Assembly (NCBI GenBank): GCA_017608235.1
Contig: JAFCGI010000005.1
Span: forward strand, 46,930 to 110,929
Direction: 5' to 3'
DNA from: Candidatus Pacearchaeota archaeon
GTDB lineage: Archaea > Nanobdellota > Nanobdellia > UBA10117 > JAFCGI01
DNA length: 64,000 nucleotides
Within the stretch, counting starts at the first letter, position 1, and each line of letters starts with the position of its first letter. Made by a program: the position numbers and the translations under genes. Under the pieces are notes generated by a model. That model did no database searches, was not told the origin of the DNA, and worked only from the letters and a program-made list of their open reading frames with translations. This document shows positions 28,663 through 43,478 of the stretch, piece by piece.

Positions 28663-29560
28663 TATTTTCTGCTAATTCTATAAGACTTAACCACTTGTTA
28701 TGACCTAAATTTAGGTGAATTTTAGCTTCTTCCGATGGCGTTTTATCAATTCCTTGATGTCGAGTAATATAATTGTAGTAAATTTCCCAACCTTTTAGTA
28801 TAGATCTTGCACTCTCCACGGAGCCATGAAAACCACGCATAGTTTTTGTTCTTGCTCTTTGACCATTATGCAATCTCTCGATAGGATAATTAAAGCCTTC
28901 ACCTTGACGCGCATTTACTTGGTTATGAAAAACCTTGTAGCGACCAAGTTTGTTGCTATATCCAAACGTCTTTTTAACTACGTTCGTATACGCCATAAAT
29001 CCATCTGTTGTAATAATTTTAATGTTATCTTCACCCTTCTTTTTGATATCAACTAGAACTTTCTTAATCTCTTCTTTGGTGCGAGATTCGGCGTACTGCG
29101 CCGCTACTAAGAACCGCGTTTTAGTATCGATACTATCGATAAACCAATTCTTAGCCACCCCTAAATGCTTTTTAGGATGTTTCCTTCTGTGGTACTCTAC
29201 TTCATCTACTTGAACTTCTTGTCCGAGTTCTGGTTTTAAATTATTAGTAAACTTTGCTATAACTTGAGAATATTTTATAACCCACAAATAGATTGATTTG
29301 TGACTTGATTTGTGAGGATAGAAAGCTTGTAAATGTTCCTGAACTTTCCTTGTAGATATCCCTCTGAAGAATAAATCTAAACAGAGTGTTATTTTCTGTG
29401 GGGAATTTCGCATACGATAGAATGCATCTCTCGGAATAAACTTTTTATCACAGCTTTTGCAATAATATCTCTGTTGCTTTCCATGTGCTTGAGTATGAAA
29501 ATATCCTCTCTTGACTGTGTTTTGTTTCTTACAGTGAGGACATTGTAATTTGCTCTTCAT
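28649..29560 (-). CDS. IS1595-family (ISH4-like) DDE transposase with an N-terminal zinc ribbon
   Basis: N-terminal CPHCKK...CKSCDKKF. The DDE region VQVDEVEY ... ITTDGFMAYT ... and the C-terminal HNGQRARTKTMRGFHGSVESARSILKGWEIYYNY match the IS1595 pattern. Confidence 0.65.
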   Translation of the reverse strand: MKSKLQCPHCKKQNTVKRGYFHTQAHGKQQRYYCKSCDKKFIPRDAFYRMRNSPQKITLCLDLFFRGISTRKVQEHLQAFYPHKSSHKSIYLWVIKYSQVIAKFTNNLKPELGQEVQVDEVEYHRRKHPKKHLGVAKNWFIDSIDTKTRFLVAAQYAESRTKEEIKKVLVDIKKKGEDNIKIITTDGFMAYTNVVKKTFGYSNKLGRYKVFHNQVNARQGEGFNYPIERLHNGQRARTKTMRGFHGSVESARSILKGWEIYYNYITRHQGIDKTPSEEAKIHLNLGHNKWLSLIELAENTKSS

Positions 29561-30015
29561 ACATATTCATGTACATGAAACTATATAAACCTTTCGGTAC
29601 ATGAATTATAACTAAATCACTACGCGTAGCACCTATGTTTAAAATAGAAAACTAGTCTTTTTCTATAACTATCTTTCCATTATCATTGCTAGCTCTAAGG
29701 TCTTTTCCTAAAAGGTCGGACTCTTTAACGATATTTTTAGGTAAAATGATGATATAGCGAGTGTATTTTGTATCACCTACTTTTTTATCAAGGACTTCTC
29801 GGATCTTCATATCAAGGTTATTACTTAGAACTATTTAAAATTATCGGTACATGAAAAGCCCAATTAAGGTAACAGTGTAAAGTTTAAGTTAACTTTAAAA
29901 ACTCTAAAAATTAGTAAAAAATCAGAATAAATCAAATAAATTTAGTAAAATTCATTTAAAAACAAAACATTTAAAAGCAAAGAATCAAAAAAGACCGAAA
30001 GATTATTAAAGCTGT

Positions 30016-30132
30016 GCCTTGGTGGTGTAGTTTGGTCTATCATATGAGCCTGTCGAAAATATAAATATTTATTTGATATTTATAGTAAGCTCGTGACCCG
30101 GGTTCAAATCCCGGCCAAGGCGTTTGATAAAA
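30016..30132 (+). tRNA. tRNA-Asp (anticodon GTC) with a roughly 32-nt AT-rich intron at the anticodon loop
   Basis: Acceptor GCCTTGG/CCAAGGC+G. D-arm TGGTGTAGTTTGGTCTATCAT is archaeal Asp-like. Anticodon stem TGAGC/GCTCG with loop CTGTCG(A). T-arm CCGGG-TTCAAAT-CCCGG. Confidence 0.7.
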
Positions 30133-30147
30133 AAGGGGTGTGCTAGT

Positions 30148-30390
30148 TTGTCTGAAGAAAAAGAATCTGACTTTTCAAAACATGTTTTGATTCCCACACA
30201 TAAAATTATGAAGGAAGAAGCTGTTAATAAGCTCCTTGAAAAATATAATATATCATTACTTCAATTGCCATCAATCTTAAAATCTGATCCAATGATTAAA
30301 TTATTAAATGCTAAAGTAAATGATGTTATTGAGATTATTAGAGCAGGATCTACTGGCAAATATAAATATTATAGACGAGTTACAGAATGA
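30148..30390 (+). CDS. rpoH: DNA-directed RNA polymerase subunit H (Rpb5 homolog)
   Basis: HVLIPTHKIMKEEAVNKLLEKYNISLLQLPSI...DPMIKLLNAKVNDVIEIIR. Start taken as the TTG at 30148 (SD AAGGGGTG) to avoid overlap with tRNA-Asp; the ORF track begins at 30124. Confidence 0.7.
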   Translation: MSEEKESDFSKHVLIPTHKIMKEEAVNKLLEKYNISLLQLPSILKSDPMIKLLNAKVNDVIEIIRAGSTGKYKYYRRVTE

Positions 30391-31880
30391 ATAAACTATT
30401 AATAGATAAATATTTTGAGAAACACAGCCTTGTAGAAAAGAACCTAGATTCTTTTAATGATTTTATAGAGTGGAGATTGCAAAAAATTATTGATAGTATT
30501 GGATCTGCAACTCCAGCAGTTATTCCTCCTGATGTTGAAGAAGTTAAATTTGTTTTTGGAAAAGTAAAGATTGACCGTCCTTATATAATTGAAGCTGATG
30601 GTGCTGAAAGAGCTATATTACCTACAGAAGCAAGATTAAGAAATCTAACATATGCTTCTCCTGTTTTTTTAGAAATTTCTACTATAGTTGATGGGAAGGA
30701 AAGAGAAAGAGCAGAAGTTCAAATAACAGAACTTCCTATCATGATTAAATCTAAGTTATGTTATTTAAGTAATATGGATAAAGAAGAATTAATTAAAAGC
30801 GGAGAAGATCCTTTAGACTTTGGTGGATATTTCATTATAAATGGTACTGAAAGAGTTCTTGTATTGTTAGAGGATCTTGCACAAAATAGAATATTTGTAA
30901 ATGAAGAAAAAATTGGTCCGTCAACACATACTGCAAAAATATTTTCTGCTAATAATACTTATAAAATCCCTCATATATTAGAAAGAAGTAAAGATGGTTT
31001 ATATCTTACTAGTTTTACAAATATTAACAAACTACCTTTAGTTGTGCTTATGAAAGCACTTGGCTTAACTAATGATTCTGAAATCATAAAAGCAATTGGT
31101 TTAGATGATATAGATGAGGATATGTATATTAACTTATATGAGTTTGTAGATATTAAAAACAAAGATGATGCTAAGGAATTTATTGGAAGGTTAATGAAGA
31201 TTCCACAACCAAAAGAACAAAAAATTCAAAGAGTAGATTATATGATAGATAATTTCTTATTGCCACATGTTGGTTCTGACCCAAAAAGCAGATTAGAAAA
31301 AGCATTTTTCCTGGGACGAATAGCTAAAAAGATTCTTTTGTTAAAACAAGGAAAGATAAAAGCAGATGATAAAGACCATTATTCAAACAAGAGAATAAGA
31401 TTAGCTGGAGATTTACTTGAAGATTTATTTAGAACAAATATAAAAATCCTTGTGAGTGATATGCTTTATATTTTTCAAAGAAGTGTGAGAAGGGGTAAGA
31501 TGCCTTCTTTGCATACTATTGTAAGAACAAAACTTCTAACATCAAGAATTAAAAGTGCTATGGCTACTGGAAATTGGACTGGTAACAGGCAGGGTGTAAG
31601 CCAAAGATTGCAAAGAGATAATCAGCTAGAATCATTATCTCAACTTCAAAGAGTTGTTTCTTTGTTAGTGTCATCTCAGGAAAACTTTGAAGCCAGAGCA
31701 TTGCATCCCACACATTGGGGAAAATTATGTCCTATTGAATCCCCAGAAGGAAAAAATATAGGATTAAGAAAAAATCTGTCTTTATTATCTGAAATTACTC
31801 CTTTGTTAGGAGATAAAGAAATTAATAGAAATATGGAATATTTCAAATCTATAGGTTTAAAAGATATTAAAAATGAGTGA
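30387..31880 (+). CDS. rpoB2: DNA-directed RNA polymerase subunit B'' (N-terminal half of split RpoB)
   Basis: Typical B'' sequence; start overlaps the rpoH stop and end overlaps the B' start. Gene order follows the conserved archaeal operon. Confidence 0.9.
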   Translation: MNKLLIDKYFEKHSLVEKNLDSFNDFIEWRLQKIIDSIGSATPAVIPPDVEEVKFVFGKVKIDRPYIIEADGAERAILPTEARLRNLTYASPVFLEISTIVDGKERERAEVQITELPIMIKSKLCYLSNMDKEELIKSGEDPLDFGGYFIINGTERVLVLLEDLAQNRIFVNEEKIGPSTHTAKIFSANNTYKIPHILERSKDGLYLTSFTNINKLPLVVLMKALGLTNDSEIIKAIGLDDIDEDMYINLYEFVDIKNKDDAKEFIGRLMKIPQPKEQKIQRVDYMIDNFLLPHVGSDPKSRLEKAFFLGRIAKKILLLKQGKIKADDKDHYSNKRIRLAGDLLEDLFRTNIKILVSDMLYIFQRSVRRGKMPSLHTIVRTKLLTSRIKSAMATGNWTGNRQGVSQRLQRDNQLESLSQLQRVVSLLVSSQENFEARALHPTHWGKLCPIESPEGKNIGLRKNLSLLSEITPLLGDKEINRNMEYFKSIGLKDIKNE

Positions 31881-33672
31881 TGTATTTTTAGATGGCAAGC
31901 TAATTGGGACTATAGAAAATCCTAAGGTATTTGTAGATTCATTAATTACTGCTAGAAGAGAAGGCAAAATATCTAATTTCCTTAATGTAAATTATGATAA
32001 AAATTTAGATTCTATAGATATTTTCTTAGAAAAAAATAGGATCAGGCGTCCATTGATTATTGTAAATAAAGGAATTCCTTTACTTACTAATGATATTAAA
32101 GAGAGACTAAAAAATGGAGAATTGTCTTGGGATGATTTAGTTATGCAAGGAATAATTGAATATCTTGATACTTCTGAAGAAGAAAGAGTTCTCATTGCAC
32201 TTAATGAAAAAGATCTTACTGAAAAACATACACATCTTGAAATTAATCCTGTTGCAATATTCAGTATATGTAGTTCTTTGGTACCTTATTCTAATTTTAC
32301 ACCAAGTGCAAGGTTTAATATTGGTTCTAAATCACAGAAACAATCTGTTGGTATTTATGCTTTAAACTATCTAAATAGATTAGATACTAGCACTAATTTG
32401 CTTCATTATCCACAAATTCCAATTACTCATAGTTTTACAGAAGAAATTTTTGGAGATAAGAAAAATTCTGGCCAGAATGTAGTTATTGCTATAATGAACT
32501 ATGATGGATATAATATTGAGGATTCTATTGTGATTAGCAAGGCTTCTATTGATAGAGGATTTGGAAGAATCTCACATTACAGACCTTATTCTGCTGAAAG
32601 ATTAAGATATCCTGGCGGCCAGGTTGATCAAGTATGTATTCCTGATAAAGAAACTGAAGGTTATGGAACTGAACAAGATTATAGATTTTTAAATGAGGAT
32701 GGAATTATCTATCCTGAAGCAGAGGTTACTGGTGGAGATGTTCTAATAGGTAAGACTAGCCCTCCAAGATTCTTAGGAAAATTAGAATCATTTAGTGCTG
32801 CAGCAAATGTTAGAAAGGATACTTCTGTAAAAATTAGAAGTGGAGAAAAAGGATTAGTTACTGATGTCTTCTTAACAGAAAGTATTGATGGTAATGCATT
32901 AATAAAAATCAATACTAGAGATACTAGATCTCCTGAGATTGGAGATAAATTTTCTTCAAGACATGGTCAGAAAGGAATCTTAGGATATATAGTTCCTGTT
33001 GAAGATATGCCTTTCACAGCAAGTGGAATAGTTCCAGATATTATATTCTCACCAAATGGTTTGCCAAAAAGAATGACAGTAAATCAGCTGATTGAAGCTT
33101 TGTGTGGGAAAGTAGGAAGTTTAGCTGGAAGAAGAATTAATGGTACTGCTTTCCAAGGAGAAAAACCTGAAGATCTTAGAAAAGAATTGCTTGAATTAGG
33201 ATTTAGAGAAGATGGAACTGAAACTATGTATGATGGCAGGACTGGAAAGCAATATGAGGCTAGAATTTTTGTTGGAAATATATATTATATGAGATTAAAA
33301 TATCAGGTTGCAGATAAGGTTCAAGCAAGAGCTCGTGGACCTGTACAGCTACTTACAAGACAGCCTACAGAAGGTAAAGCTAAAGAAGGCGGTTTAAGGC
33401 TCGGAGAGATGGAGAAGGAATCTCTTATAGGTCATGGTGCATCATTATTAGTTAAAGAAAGGTTTAGTTCAGATAAAACTATTGAATATGTTTGTGAAAA
33501 ATGTGGAGATTTAGCAATATTTGATAGATATAAGAATAAGCCTTTTTGTTTAGTATGTGGAGAAAAAAGTACTATATCTCCAATAGAGTTATCTTATGCT
33601 TTTAAGTTATTTCTTGATGAATTAAAAAGTCTGGGAATAAAAACAAAATTAGAACTAAAGGATAAATATTAG
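31873..33672 (+). CDS. rpoB1: DNA-directed RNA polymerase subunit B' (C-terminal half of split RpoB)
   Basis: GDKFSSRHGQKGI, PFT, and a C-terminal zinc ribbon CEKCG...CLVCG. Confidence 0.9.
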   Translation: MSDVFLDGKLIGTIENPKVFVDSLITARREGKISNFLNVNYDKNLDSIDIFLEKNRIRRPLIIVNKGIPLLTNDIKERLKNGELSWDDLVMQGIIEYLDTSEEERVLIALNEKDLTEKHTHLEINPVAIFSICSSLVPYSNFTPSARFNIGSKSQKQSVGIYALNYLNRLDTSTNLLHYPQIPITHSFTEEIFGDKKNSGQNVVIAIMNYDGYNIEDSIVISKASIDRGFGRISHYRPYSAERLRYPGGQVDQVCIPDKETEGYGTEQDYRFLNEDGIIYPEAEVTGGDVLIGKTSPPRFLGKLESFSAAANVRKDTSVKIRSGEKGLVTDVFLTESIDGNALIKINTRDTRSPEIGDKFSSRHGQKGILGYIVPVEDMPFTASGIVPDIIFSPNGLPKRMTVNQLIEALCGKVGSLAGRRINGTAFQGEKPEDLRKELLELGFREDGTETMYDGRTGKQYEARIFVGNIYYMRLKYQVADKVQARARGPVQLLTRQPTEGKAKEGGLRLGEMEKESLIGHGASLLVKERFSSDKTIEYVCEKCGDLAIFDRYKNKPFCLVCGEKSTISPIELSYAFKLFLDELKSLGIKTKLELKDKY

Positions 33673-33673
33673 A

Positions 33674-37665
<3,992 letters not shown>

Positions 37666-37669
<4 letters not shown>

Positions 37670-38094
37670 CTATAAGAAAATATGATTCTAGTATTTTAGG
37701 ATATATGAGTTTATTTAAGAAAATTACAAAAGTTAATGCTAAAGATTGTTTAGTAATAGATGGAAGTCTTATTTTCTTTACTAATCCTGGACAGGCTGGA
37801 TTAGCGGTTGGAAAGGCTGGAAAGAATATCAAATCCCTTAAGACTTCTTTGAATAAAGATATAAAAATCGCTGAATGGTCTGATGATCCTTCAAAACTGA
37901 TTAGTAATTTAATATTTCCATTAATTCCAGAAAGTGTGGAGCTTTCTGAAGATGGGTCTACTATTAACATTAAATTTAAGAGCAGTAAAGAACGAAGAAT
38001 TTTATTAGCAGATAATCAGAAAAAACTTAAAGATCTTAAAGAAATCATAATAAAATATTTCCCGAACATAAAAAGCATTATAGTTCTTCAGTAA
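37666..38094 (+). CDS. nusA: Archaeal NusA-like transcription termination/antitermination factor (two KH domains)
   Basis: KH motif VGKAGKNIKSL; about 140 aa; conserved operon position. Confidence 0.75.
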
Positions 38095-38150
38095 GCTTAT
38101 GCTTATGAAAACCTTTATAAACAAACAAATTAGCTGTATCTTATCATAAA

Positions 38151-38591
38151 ATGAGTAAGAAATCAAGAGGACTTGGATCCGCTAAAAAATTAAAAAGCAG
38201 AAGAAGTAAATTTAGATGGAATAATAAATGGTTTGTAAAGAGAGTTCTAAAACTAAAAGAAAAAAGTGATCCATTACAAGGTTCTCCACAAGCTTCTGGA
38301 ATTGTACTAGAAAAAAGACAATTAGAAGCTAAGCAGCCTAACTCTGCTATGAGAAAATGTGTTAGAGTTCAATTGATTAAGAATGGAAAGCAAATTACTG
38401 CTTTTGTTCCAGGATATAATGCTATCAAGCAAATAAATGAACATGATGAAGTTCTTGTTGAAGGGATTGGTGGCAAAATGGGAAGATCTAAAGGAGATAT
38501 TCCTGTTGTTAGATGGCAAGTAATTAAAGTTAATGGACAATCATTAGACCAGTTATGGAGAGGAAAGAAAGAAAAAACAGTAGGTAGATAA
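38151..38591 (+). CDS. rps12: Ribosomal protein S12
   Basis: [13 protein letters not shown]...[23 protein letters not shown]. Confidence 0.9.
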   Translation: MSKKSRGLGSAKKLKSRRSKFRWNNKWFVKRVLKLKEKSDPLQGSPQASGIVLEKRQLEAKQPNSAMRKCVRVQLIKNGKQITAFVPGYNAIKQINEHDEVLVEGIGGKMGRSKGDIPVVRWQVIKVNGQSLDQLWRGKKEKTVGR

Positions 38592-38592
38592 A

Positions 38593-39321
38593 ATGCCAAG
38601 ACCAAGAAAAACAGAGATAGTTAAGAAAGGAGGAAAGAAATTTTTAGAAAAGGATTCATTAAAGGCTGAAGAAAAAGATTCTGGAATTAAGATTAAAATA
38701 AAAAAAAAGAAACCAGTTTATGATTTTAAATTATTCAATAAATGGAACGTTTCTGAAGTAAATGTTTCAGATGTTAGCTTACAACCATATATTAATTTAA
38801 GTCCTGTACTAGTACCAAGATCTCATGGAAGAAATATTGAGAAACAATTCTGGAAATCTAAAAAAAATATTGTAGAAAGACTGTTAAACAAATTAATGGT
38901 TGCAGGGCATAAAGGAAAAAAACATTGGAGAACTTCTAATATAAATACTGGTAAAACCACAACTATCTATAAAATTATAATAAATAGTTTTAATATTATT
39001 GAAAGCAAGACAAAAAAGAATCCTGTGCAAGTTTTTGTGGATGCTTTATGTAAGGCATGTCCTAAAGAAGGGATTGCTACTATTGAATATGGTGGTGTAA
39101 GATATCCAAAAGCTGTAGATATAAGCCCGCAAAGAAGAATTGATCTTGCTCTAAGATGGATCTCACAAGGAGCATATGCTTCATCTGCAAATGCTAAAAC
39201 AAAAAAGACAATTCAACAAGCATTAGCTGATGAAATTATGTTGGCTGCTCAAAGGGATCAAAAATCTAATTGCGTAACTAAAACAATTGAACTAGAAAGA
39301 CAAGCAGCAGCTTCTAGATAA
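38593..39321 (+). CDS. rps7: Ribosomal protein S7, with an N-terminal extension and an internal insertion
   Basis: LFNKWNVSEV, VERLLNKLMVAG, IEYGGVRYPKAVDISPQRRIDLALRW. Confidence 0.85.
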   Translation: MPRPRKTEIVKKGGKKFLEKDSLKAEEKDSGIKIKIKKKKPVYDFKLFNKWNVSEVNVSDVSLQPYINLSPVLVPRSHGRNIEKQFWKSKKNIVERLLNKLMVAGHKGKKHWRTSNINTGKTTTIYKIIINSFNIIESKTKKNPVQVFVDALCKACPKEGIATIEYGGVRYPKAVDISPQRRIDLALRWISQGAYASSANAKTKKTIQQALADEIMLAAQRDQKSNCVTKTIELERQAAASR

Positions 39322-39355
39322 AAGTTAATGTTTAATTGTATGAGGTTTTAAGAAA

Positions 39356-41536
39356 ATGGCAAAAACTATAACTGAAAAAGTACTTGAGCTTATGAATAAG
39401 CCAGATAACATTAGAAATATTGGAATCTGTGCACATATTGATCATGGTAAAACAACTTTAAGTGATAATATTCTAGCTGGAGCAGGAATGATCTCAGAAG
39501 AATTAGCTGGAAAACAACTTTATCTTGACTTTGATGAACAAGAACAAGCTCGAGGAATTACAATTAATTCTGCAAATGTATCTATGGTTCATCAGGTTGG
39601 AGATGAAGAGTTCTTGATTAACTTAATTGATACTCCTGGACATGTAGATTTTGGTGGAGACGTAACCAGAGCTATGAGAGCTGTAGATGGAGCGGTAGTA
39701 GTAGCTTGCGCTGTAGAGGGGGTTATGCCTCAAACAGAAACTGTTCTTAGACAGGCCTTGAAAGAAGGTGTAAAGCCAGTCCTATTTATCAATAAAGTAG
39801 ATAGAATGATTAGAGAATTAAAATTAACTCCTGAGAAAATGCAAGAGCAATTTATCAAAATTATCAATGAAGTAAATAGATTAATTGATAGTATAGCTCC
39901 AGCAGAATTTAAAGATAAATGGAAAATTAATGTTCAAGAAGGAAGTGTTGCATTTGGATCTGCATTCCATAACTGGGCTCTAAGTATTCCGATTATGAAT
40001 AAGAAAAAAATGACTTTTAAAGAAATTATTGATGCTTATGAACAAGATACTTGGAAAGAGCTAATCAAGAAAGCTCCGCTACATGAAGCATTTTTAGATA
40101 TGGTAATTAAGCATATTCCAAGCCCTGTTATGGCACAGAAATATAGAATTCCAATTATTTGGCATGGTGATTTAGAAAGTAATGCTGGACAAAGTTTAGT
40201 AACATGTAATAAAGATGGACCTATGATTTTTGTAGTTACAAGAATTACAATAGACCCTCAAGCAGGAGAAATTGCTGCTGGAAGATTATTTTCTGGAAAG
40301 CTAAGCAAAGGGCAGGAAACTGTGTTAAGTACAGGACAACCACAAAGAATACAGCAAGTATCTATTTATAAAGGAGCTCAAAGAATTATTATAGATAATG
40401 TTCCTGCAGGTAATATTATTGGTGTTTCAGGATTAAAAGCAGCTTCATCTGGAGAAACTGTCTCAAGCGAAGAGGTAGAGCCTTTTGAAGCTATTAAACA
40501 TTTATTTGATCCTGTTGTTACTAAGGCTTTAGAAGCAAAGAATCCTAAAGATCTTCCAAAATTAATTGAAACTTTAAATCAAATAGCTAAGGAAGACACA
40601 ACTTTAAAAATTGAGATTAATGAAGAAACAGGAGAAAACTTGATTTCTGGTTTAGGTGAACTACATTTAGAGATTTGGGAGTTTAGAATTAGAAAAGATA
40701 AAGGAATTGATATTGTAACTTCTGAACCTATTGTTGTATTTAGAGAAACTGTTAGAAGTCAAGCTGGGCCAGTGGAAGGAAAATCTCCAAACAAACATAA
40801 TAAGTTATATGTTACTGTTGAGCCTTTAGAAGACTCTGTTTTTGAAGCAATTCAGGCTGGAAAAATTCATGAAATGAAGATTAAAAAAAGAAAGCCTGAA
40901 GTGGAAGAAACTTTAGTCGAAGCTGGGCTAGATAAAGATGATGCTAAAAAAGTAAGAGATATTTGTAAAGGAAATCTTCTAATTGATAACACAAGAGGTA
41001 TTGTTCATATAGGTGAGATCATAGAAATGGTTATGGAAGCTTTTGAAGAAATCTGTAATTCTGGACCTCTTGCCAAAGAACCTACTACTAAATTAAAAGT
41101 AAGATTAATGGATGCAAAGCTTCATGAGGATGCTATTCATAGAGGGCCTGCACAGGTAATTCCTGCTATGAGAAAATCTATTATGAATGCTATGTTGACT
41201 GCAGGAACTTTACTTTATGAGCCAAAACAAACGATCAGGATTGATTCTCCAGTAGAATATCTTGGAGCAGTATCTAAGTTGATTCAAAGTAGAAGAGGCC
41301 AATTGCTAGATACAGAGCAAAAAGGTGAACAATTAGTTGTAAGAGCAAAGCTACCTGTAGCAGACATGTTTGGATTTACTTCTGCTTTAAGATCTAGTAC
41401 AGCTGGAAGAGGTGCTTGGTTCTTAGTGGATCAGACTTTTGAGAAACTTCCTGAAGAACTACAAAATCAAACTATTATGAGAATTAGAAAGCGAAAAGGT
41501 TTGAAGGAAGAAATTCCACAGCCAGATCTTGAATAA
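39356..41536 (+). CDS. fusA: Elongation factor 2 (aEF-2)
   Basis: G-domain AHIDHGKTT and DTPGHVDF; 726 aa. Confidence 0.9.
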   Translation: MAKTITEKVLELMNKPDNIRNIGICAHIDHGKTTLSDNILAGAGMISEELAGKQLYLDFDEQEQARGITINSANVSMVHQVGDEEFLINLIDTPGHVDFGGDVTRAMRAVDGAVVVACAVEGVMPQTETVLRQALKEGVKPVLFINKVDRMIRELKLTPEKMQEQFIKIINEVNRLIDSIAPAEFKDKWKINVQEGSVAFGSAFHNWALSIPIMNKKKMTFKEIIDAYEQDTWKELIKKAPLHEAFLDMVIKHIPSPVMAQKYRIPIIWHGDLESNAGQSLVTCNKDGPMIFVVTRITIDPQAGEIAAGRLFSGKLSKGQETVLSTGQPQRIQQVSIYKGAQRIIIDNVPAGNIIGVSGLKAASSGETVSSEEVEPFEAIKHLFDPVVTKALEAKNPKDLPKLIETLNQIAKEDTTLKIEINEETGENLISGLGELHLEIWEFRIRKDKGIDIVTSEPIVVFRETVRSQAGPVEGKSPNKHNKLYVTVEPLEDSVFEAIQAGKIHEMKIKKRKPEVEETLVEAGLDKDDAKKVRDICKGNLLIDNTRGIVHIGEIIEMVMEAFEEICNSGPLAKEPTTKLKVRLMDAKLHEDAIHRGPAQVIPAMRKSIMNAMLTAGTLLYEPKQTIRIDSPVEYLGAVSKLIQSRRGQLLDTEQKGEQLVVRAKLPVADMFGFTSALRSSTAGRGAWFLVDQTFEKLPEELQNQTIMRIRKRKGLKEEIPQPDLE

Positions 41537-41631
41537 TTATAAAATTAGCAACCGAAAGGCTTTAAAAGGGCTTATTTTTGATATTATTTATTAAATTATA
41601 CTAAAAAATAATTGAATGAGGTAAAACGAAA

Positions 41632-42900
41632 ATGGCAGAAAAACCACATATGAATTTGGTATTTATTGGTCATGTTGACCATGGAAAAAGTACAACAGTA
41701 GGTAGAGTTCTCTTTGATTCTGGAAATATTTCAGAAGTAGAGATGAAGAAATTGAAAGAAAAAGCACAAGAATTAGGAAAAGCAGGTTTTGAATTTGCTT
41801 TTGTCATGGATACAATTAAGGAAGAGCAAGAGAGAGGAGTAACAATTGATTTATGTTATAAAAAATTCGAAACTGGTAAGTATTATTATACTATTATTGA
41901 TGCTCCTGGGCATAAAGACTTTATTAAGAACATGATTACAGGAACATCTCAAGCAGATGCTGCTATAGTAGTAGTTGCTGCATCTGAAGGTGTTATGGAG
42001 CAAACTAAAGAACATATTTTCTTGGCAAAGACTCTAGGTGTACCACAAATTGCAATTGCAGTTAATAAGATGGATGCTGTAAACTATGAAGAAGCAAAAT
42101 TTAACCAAATTAAAGATGAAGTTGGTAAATTACTTCAAACTGTAGGTTTCAAACCAGAAGATGTTAAATTTATTCCAATTTCTGCTTTGAAAGGTGATAA
42201 TGTTGTTAAGAAATCTGAAAACCTTGCATGGTATAAGGGTGGAACATTAACTGAAGAACTAGACAATTTTACTGCTCCAGAAAAACCAACAAGCCTACCA
42301 TTAAGAATGCCTGTACAAGATGTATATACAATTACAGGTATAGGTACTGTTCCAGTAGGTAGAATTGAAACTGGAGAAATGAAAGTTGGAGATAAGTTAA
42401 TTGTTCAACCAAGTGGAAAGGTTGGAGAACTAAAGAGCATAGAGATGCATCATGAACAAATGCAGAAAGCTGGACCTGGAGATAATGTTGGAATTAATAT
42501 TAGAGGTCTGGGTAAAGATGATATTAGAAGAGGAGATGTACTTGGTTTAGAAAGCAATCCTCCAACTGTTGTAAAAGAATTTACTGCGCAAATAATTGTT
42601 CTAAATCATCCAACTGTTGTTACAGTAGGATATGCACCTGTATTTCATGTAAATACAGCACAGGTGTCATGTAGAGTTACAGAACTAGTAAAAACCATTG
42701 ATCCAAGAACTGGAGAAACTCTAAAAGAAAAGCCAGACTTCTTGAAGAATGGTGATGTAGCAATTGTTAAGGTTGAACCAACACAACCAATGTGTTTGGA
42801 AAAAACCTCAGACATCCCACAAGTATCTAGATTTGCTATCAGAGATATGGGAAAGACTGTTGCTGCAGGCATGTGCATAGATTTAGTTAAGAAAGAGTAA
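41632..42900 (+). CDS. tuf: Elongation factor 1-alpha
   Basis: [21 protein letters not shown]. Confidence 0.9.
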   Translation: MAEKPHMNLVFIGHVDHGKSTTVGRVLFDSGNISEVEMKKLKEKAQELGKAGFEFAFVMDTIKEEQERGVTIDLCYKKFETGKYYYTIIDAPGHKDFIKNMITGTSQADAAIVVVAASEGVMEQTKEHIFLAKTLGVPQIAIAVNKMDAVNYEEAKFNQIKDEVGKLLQTVGFKPEDVKFIPISALKGDNVVKKSENLAWYKGGTLTEELDNFTAPEKPTSLPLRMPVQDVYTITGIGTVPVGRIETGEMKVGDKLIVQPSGKVGELKSIEMHHEQMQKAGPGDNVGINIRGLGKDDIRRGDVLGLESNPPTVVKEFTAQIIVLNHPTVVTVGYAPVFHVNTAQVSCRVTELVKTIDPRTGETLKEKPDFLKNGDVAIVKVEPTQPMCLEKTSDIPQVSRFAIRDMGKTVAAGMCIDLVKKE

Positions 42901-42910
42901 ATCTTTTTTC

Positions 42911-43447
42911 TTATTTTCTTTTATATTTTTTGATTATTTTTTCTAAATATTTAATTTCAAAGAATTTCTGATATCTTCTTACAAATGCCATTACAAATAT
43001 TCCTATAAATATCCATCCTAAAATCCATATTAATGGAATTCCTAAAATTATTGGTCTTAGATATATATTTGTAGGATATGACCATATTCCAAATACCTGA
43101 CTTCCTAGATATTCTAAAAAGAAACCTATACTAGATGCAGTTAAAACATCATAAAATAAGCAGTTTTTCTTATTATTCTTTGAGATTTTATGGTTTTTTT
43201 GAAAATAATCTGAAATTAGAGCAAATCCTCCTATTGTGATTCCCCATATCAATATTATAACTAAAGGTATATCTTTCCATAAATATATAGTAAATCCTGT
43301 ATAATCAAATAGACTTTCTGCTGAAAATTCCCAAATTAATCCATATAAGCAGCCTATAAAGAATTCTCCCATATATGAAGTTCTAAGCTTCCAGCCTAAC
43401 AACAAAAATCCAAATATAAATATAAAAGTTATTATTTCCCAAAACAT
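42911..43447 (-). CDS. Hypothetical polytopic membrane protein
   Basis: Five to six hydrophobic helices; basic C-terminus. Confidence 0.4.
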   Translation of the reverse strand: MFWEIITFIFIFGFLLLGWKLRTSYMGEFFIGCLYGLIWEFSAESLFDYTGFTIYLWKDIPLVIILIWGITIGGFALISDYFQKNHKISKNNKKNCLFYDVLTASSIGFFLEYLGSQVFGIWSYPTNIYLRPIILGIPLIWILGWIFIGIFVMAFVRRYQKFFEIKYLEKIIKKYKRK

Positions 43448-43478
43448 ATTTTGAAATTGGAAATTTTAATATATAAAT

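Larger units (their letters stand above)
27810..29879. mobile_element. IS1595-family-like insertion element (2070 bp) carrying a methyltransferase cargo gene. Has 20-bp terminal inverted repeats and is flanked by a perfect 9-bp direct repeat AAGTTTAAG
   Basis: IRL TACATTGTTACCTTAATTGG (27810-27829) against IRR ccaattaaggtaacagtgta (29860-29879), 19/20 complementary. Direct repeat aagtttaag at 27801-27809 and 29880-29888. Confidence 0.65.
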
